Shown here: positions 63,422-64,000 of the stretch, piece by piece
Position numbering within the stretch: the first letter of the stretch is position 1
Layout of the letters: each line of letters starts with the position of its first letter
Assembly: GCA_050302495.1 (NCBI GenBank)
Contig: JBNLBP010000001.1
Location: forward strand, 127,269 to 191,268
Length of the DNA: 64,000 nucleotides
Reading direction: 5' to 3'
From: Candidatus Pacearchaeota archaeon
Lineage (GTDB): Archaea; Nanobdellota; Nanobdellia; Pacearchaeales; GW2011-AR1
Notes under the pieces: generated by a model
What the model saw: only the letters and a program-made list of their open reading frames with translations
Told to the model about the DNA's origin: nothing
Databases searched by the model: none
Program-made: the position numbers and the translations under genes

Positions 63422-64000
63422 ATGAACAAAGAGGAAATTAGAGTAAATATTGATGAAAAATTGCAAAAGGAAATCTTCAAGGATTTTATTAAAAAATTTA
63501 AGGGAGATTTTGGTAAGGCGAGCGGATACCTTGGGATTACTAGATCTTCTTTGAGTAAATATAAAAGGTGTGTGGTCAGTCATATTCCTAGGGAAGTTTT
63601 GTTTAAAGTTACAAATTATTTGAAAATTGAAACCCCTGAAATAATTTATTCAGGAAATATAAGAGAAATTAGAAGCAATTATATGAAAAAAGCTCATCCT
63701 GTTTTGAAGAAAAAGTATGGTTCTAATTGGGCAAAAGAGCTTACAATTAAGAGGGATTTTAATGGAATTACTTTAAATGATTTTCCCGATGAGACTTTTG
63801 TTTTTCTAGAAGAAGATTATAGGAAGGATTTATTAGAATCTGCTTATTTTTTGTTTGGGTCTTTGAATAAATTAGCAAAGAAGATTGGTGTAAGTTCCAC
63901 AAGATTATCTTATTGGTTTAGGGGCAAACAAAAAGATTACAAAGCAAATAAAATTGGCTTACAATTTATTCCCTTGTCTAAATTAAAATTAATTTCTAAA
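63422..64000 (+). CDS. hypothetical protein, possible HTH (N-terminal part; runs off window end)
   Basis: ATG at 63422, open in frame to position 64000. The GYLGITRSSLSKYK segment is HTH-like. Confidence 0.35.
   Translation, partial: MNKEEIRVNIDEKLQKEIFKDFIKKFKGDFGKASGYLGITRSSLSKYKRCVVSHIPREVLFKVTNYLKIETPEIIYSGNIREIRSNYMKKAHPVLKKKYGSNWAKELTIKRDFNGITLNDFPDETFVFLEEDYRKDLLESAYFLFGSLNKLAKKIGVSSTRLSYWFRGKQKDYKANKIGLQFIPLSKLKLISK

Noticed and set aside
1-64000. rRNA genes, RNase P/SRP RNA, additional tRNAs
   Set aside because: Scanned for GC-rich structured stretches and T-loop GGTTCGAATCC/GGTTCAAATCC on both strands. Only the two tRNAs listed were found. A covariance-model search would be needed to exclude small ncRNAs.

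Overview
This window reads as an AT-rich (about 30% GC) archaeal chromosome segment with compact genes, many 1-4 nt gene overlaps and short leaders, DPANN/small-genome-like in style. The core content is informational and DNA-metabolism genes. These include an rpl18e-rpl13-rps9 block, a predicted replication origin (AT-rich unwinding element flanked by ORB-like dyads) directly upstream of orc1/cdc6, and the two DNA polymerase D subunit genes downstream on the same strand. Also present are TyrRS, a DRG GTPase, Hef (helicase and XPF nuclease as two overlapping ORFs), RPA, RadA, aEF-1beta, aIF2alpha, a RecJ/GAN-like protein, uS15, NDK, a family-4-like UDG, Bud32, SRP54 and two tRNAs (Leu-CAA and Gln-TTG). 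The accessory content has four parts. (1) A roughly 15-kb archaeal type IV pilus-like locus (34.1-49.4 kb) with a FlaI/VirB11-family ATPase, a FlaJ/TadC-like platform protein, at least eight pilin-like genes sharing a K-N-K-R-G class III signal motif, two large surface proteins (one cysteine-rich-repeat, one with LamG-like domains), and an A24-type prepilin peptidase. (2) A repeat-saturated locus (12.4-14.6 kb) next to the origin holding two paralogous coiled-coil/winged-HTH genes with several iteron-like and palindromic repeat families. (3) A double-motif LAGLIDADG homing endonuclease gene whose stop codon lies inside tRNA-Leu. (4) A XerA-like tyrosine recombinase translationally coupled to a protein made of a zinc ribbon plus a serine-recombinase-type recombinase domain. 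No rRNA, CRISPR array or intein was seen. All calls rest on motif recognition by eye; no database search was run.
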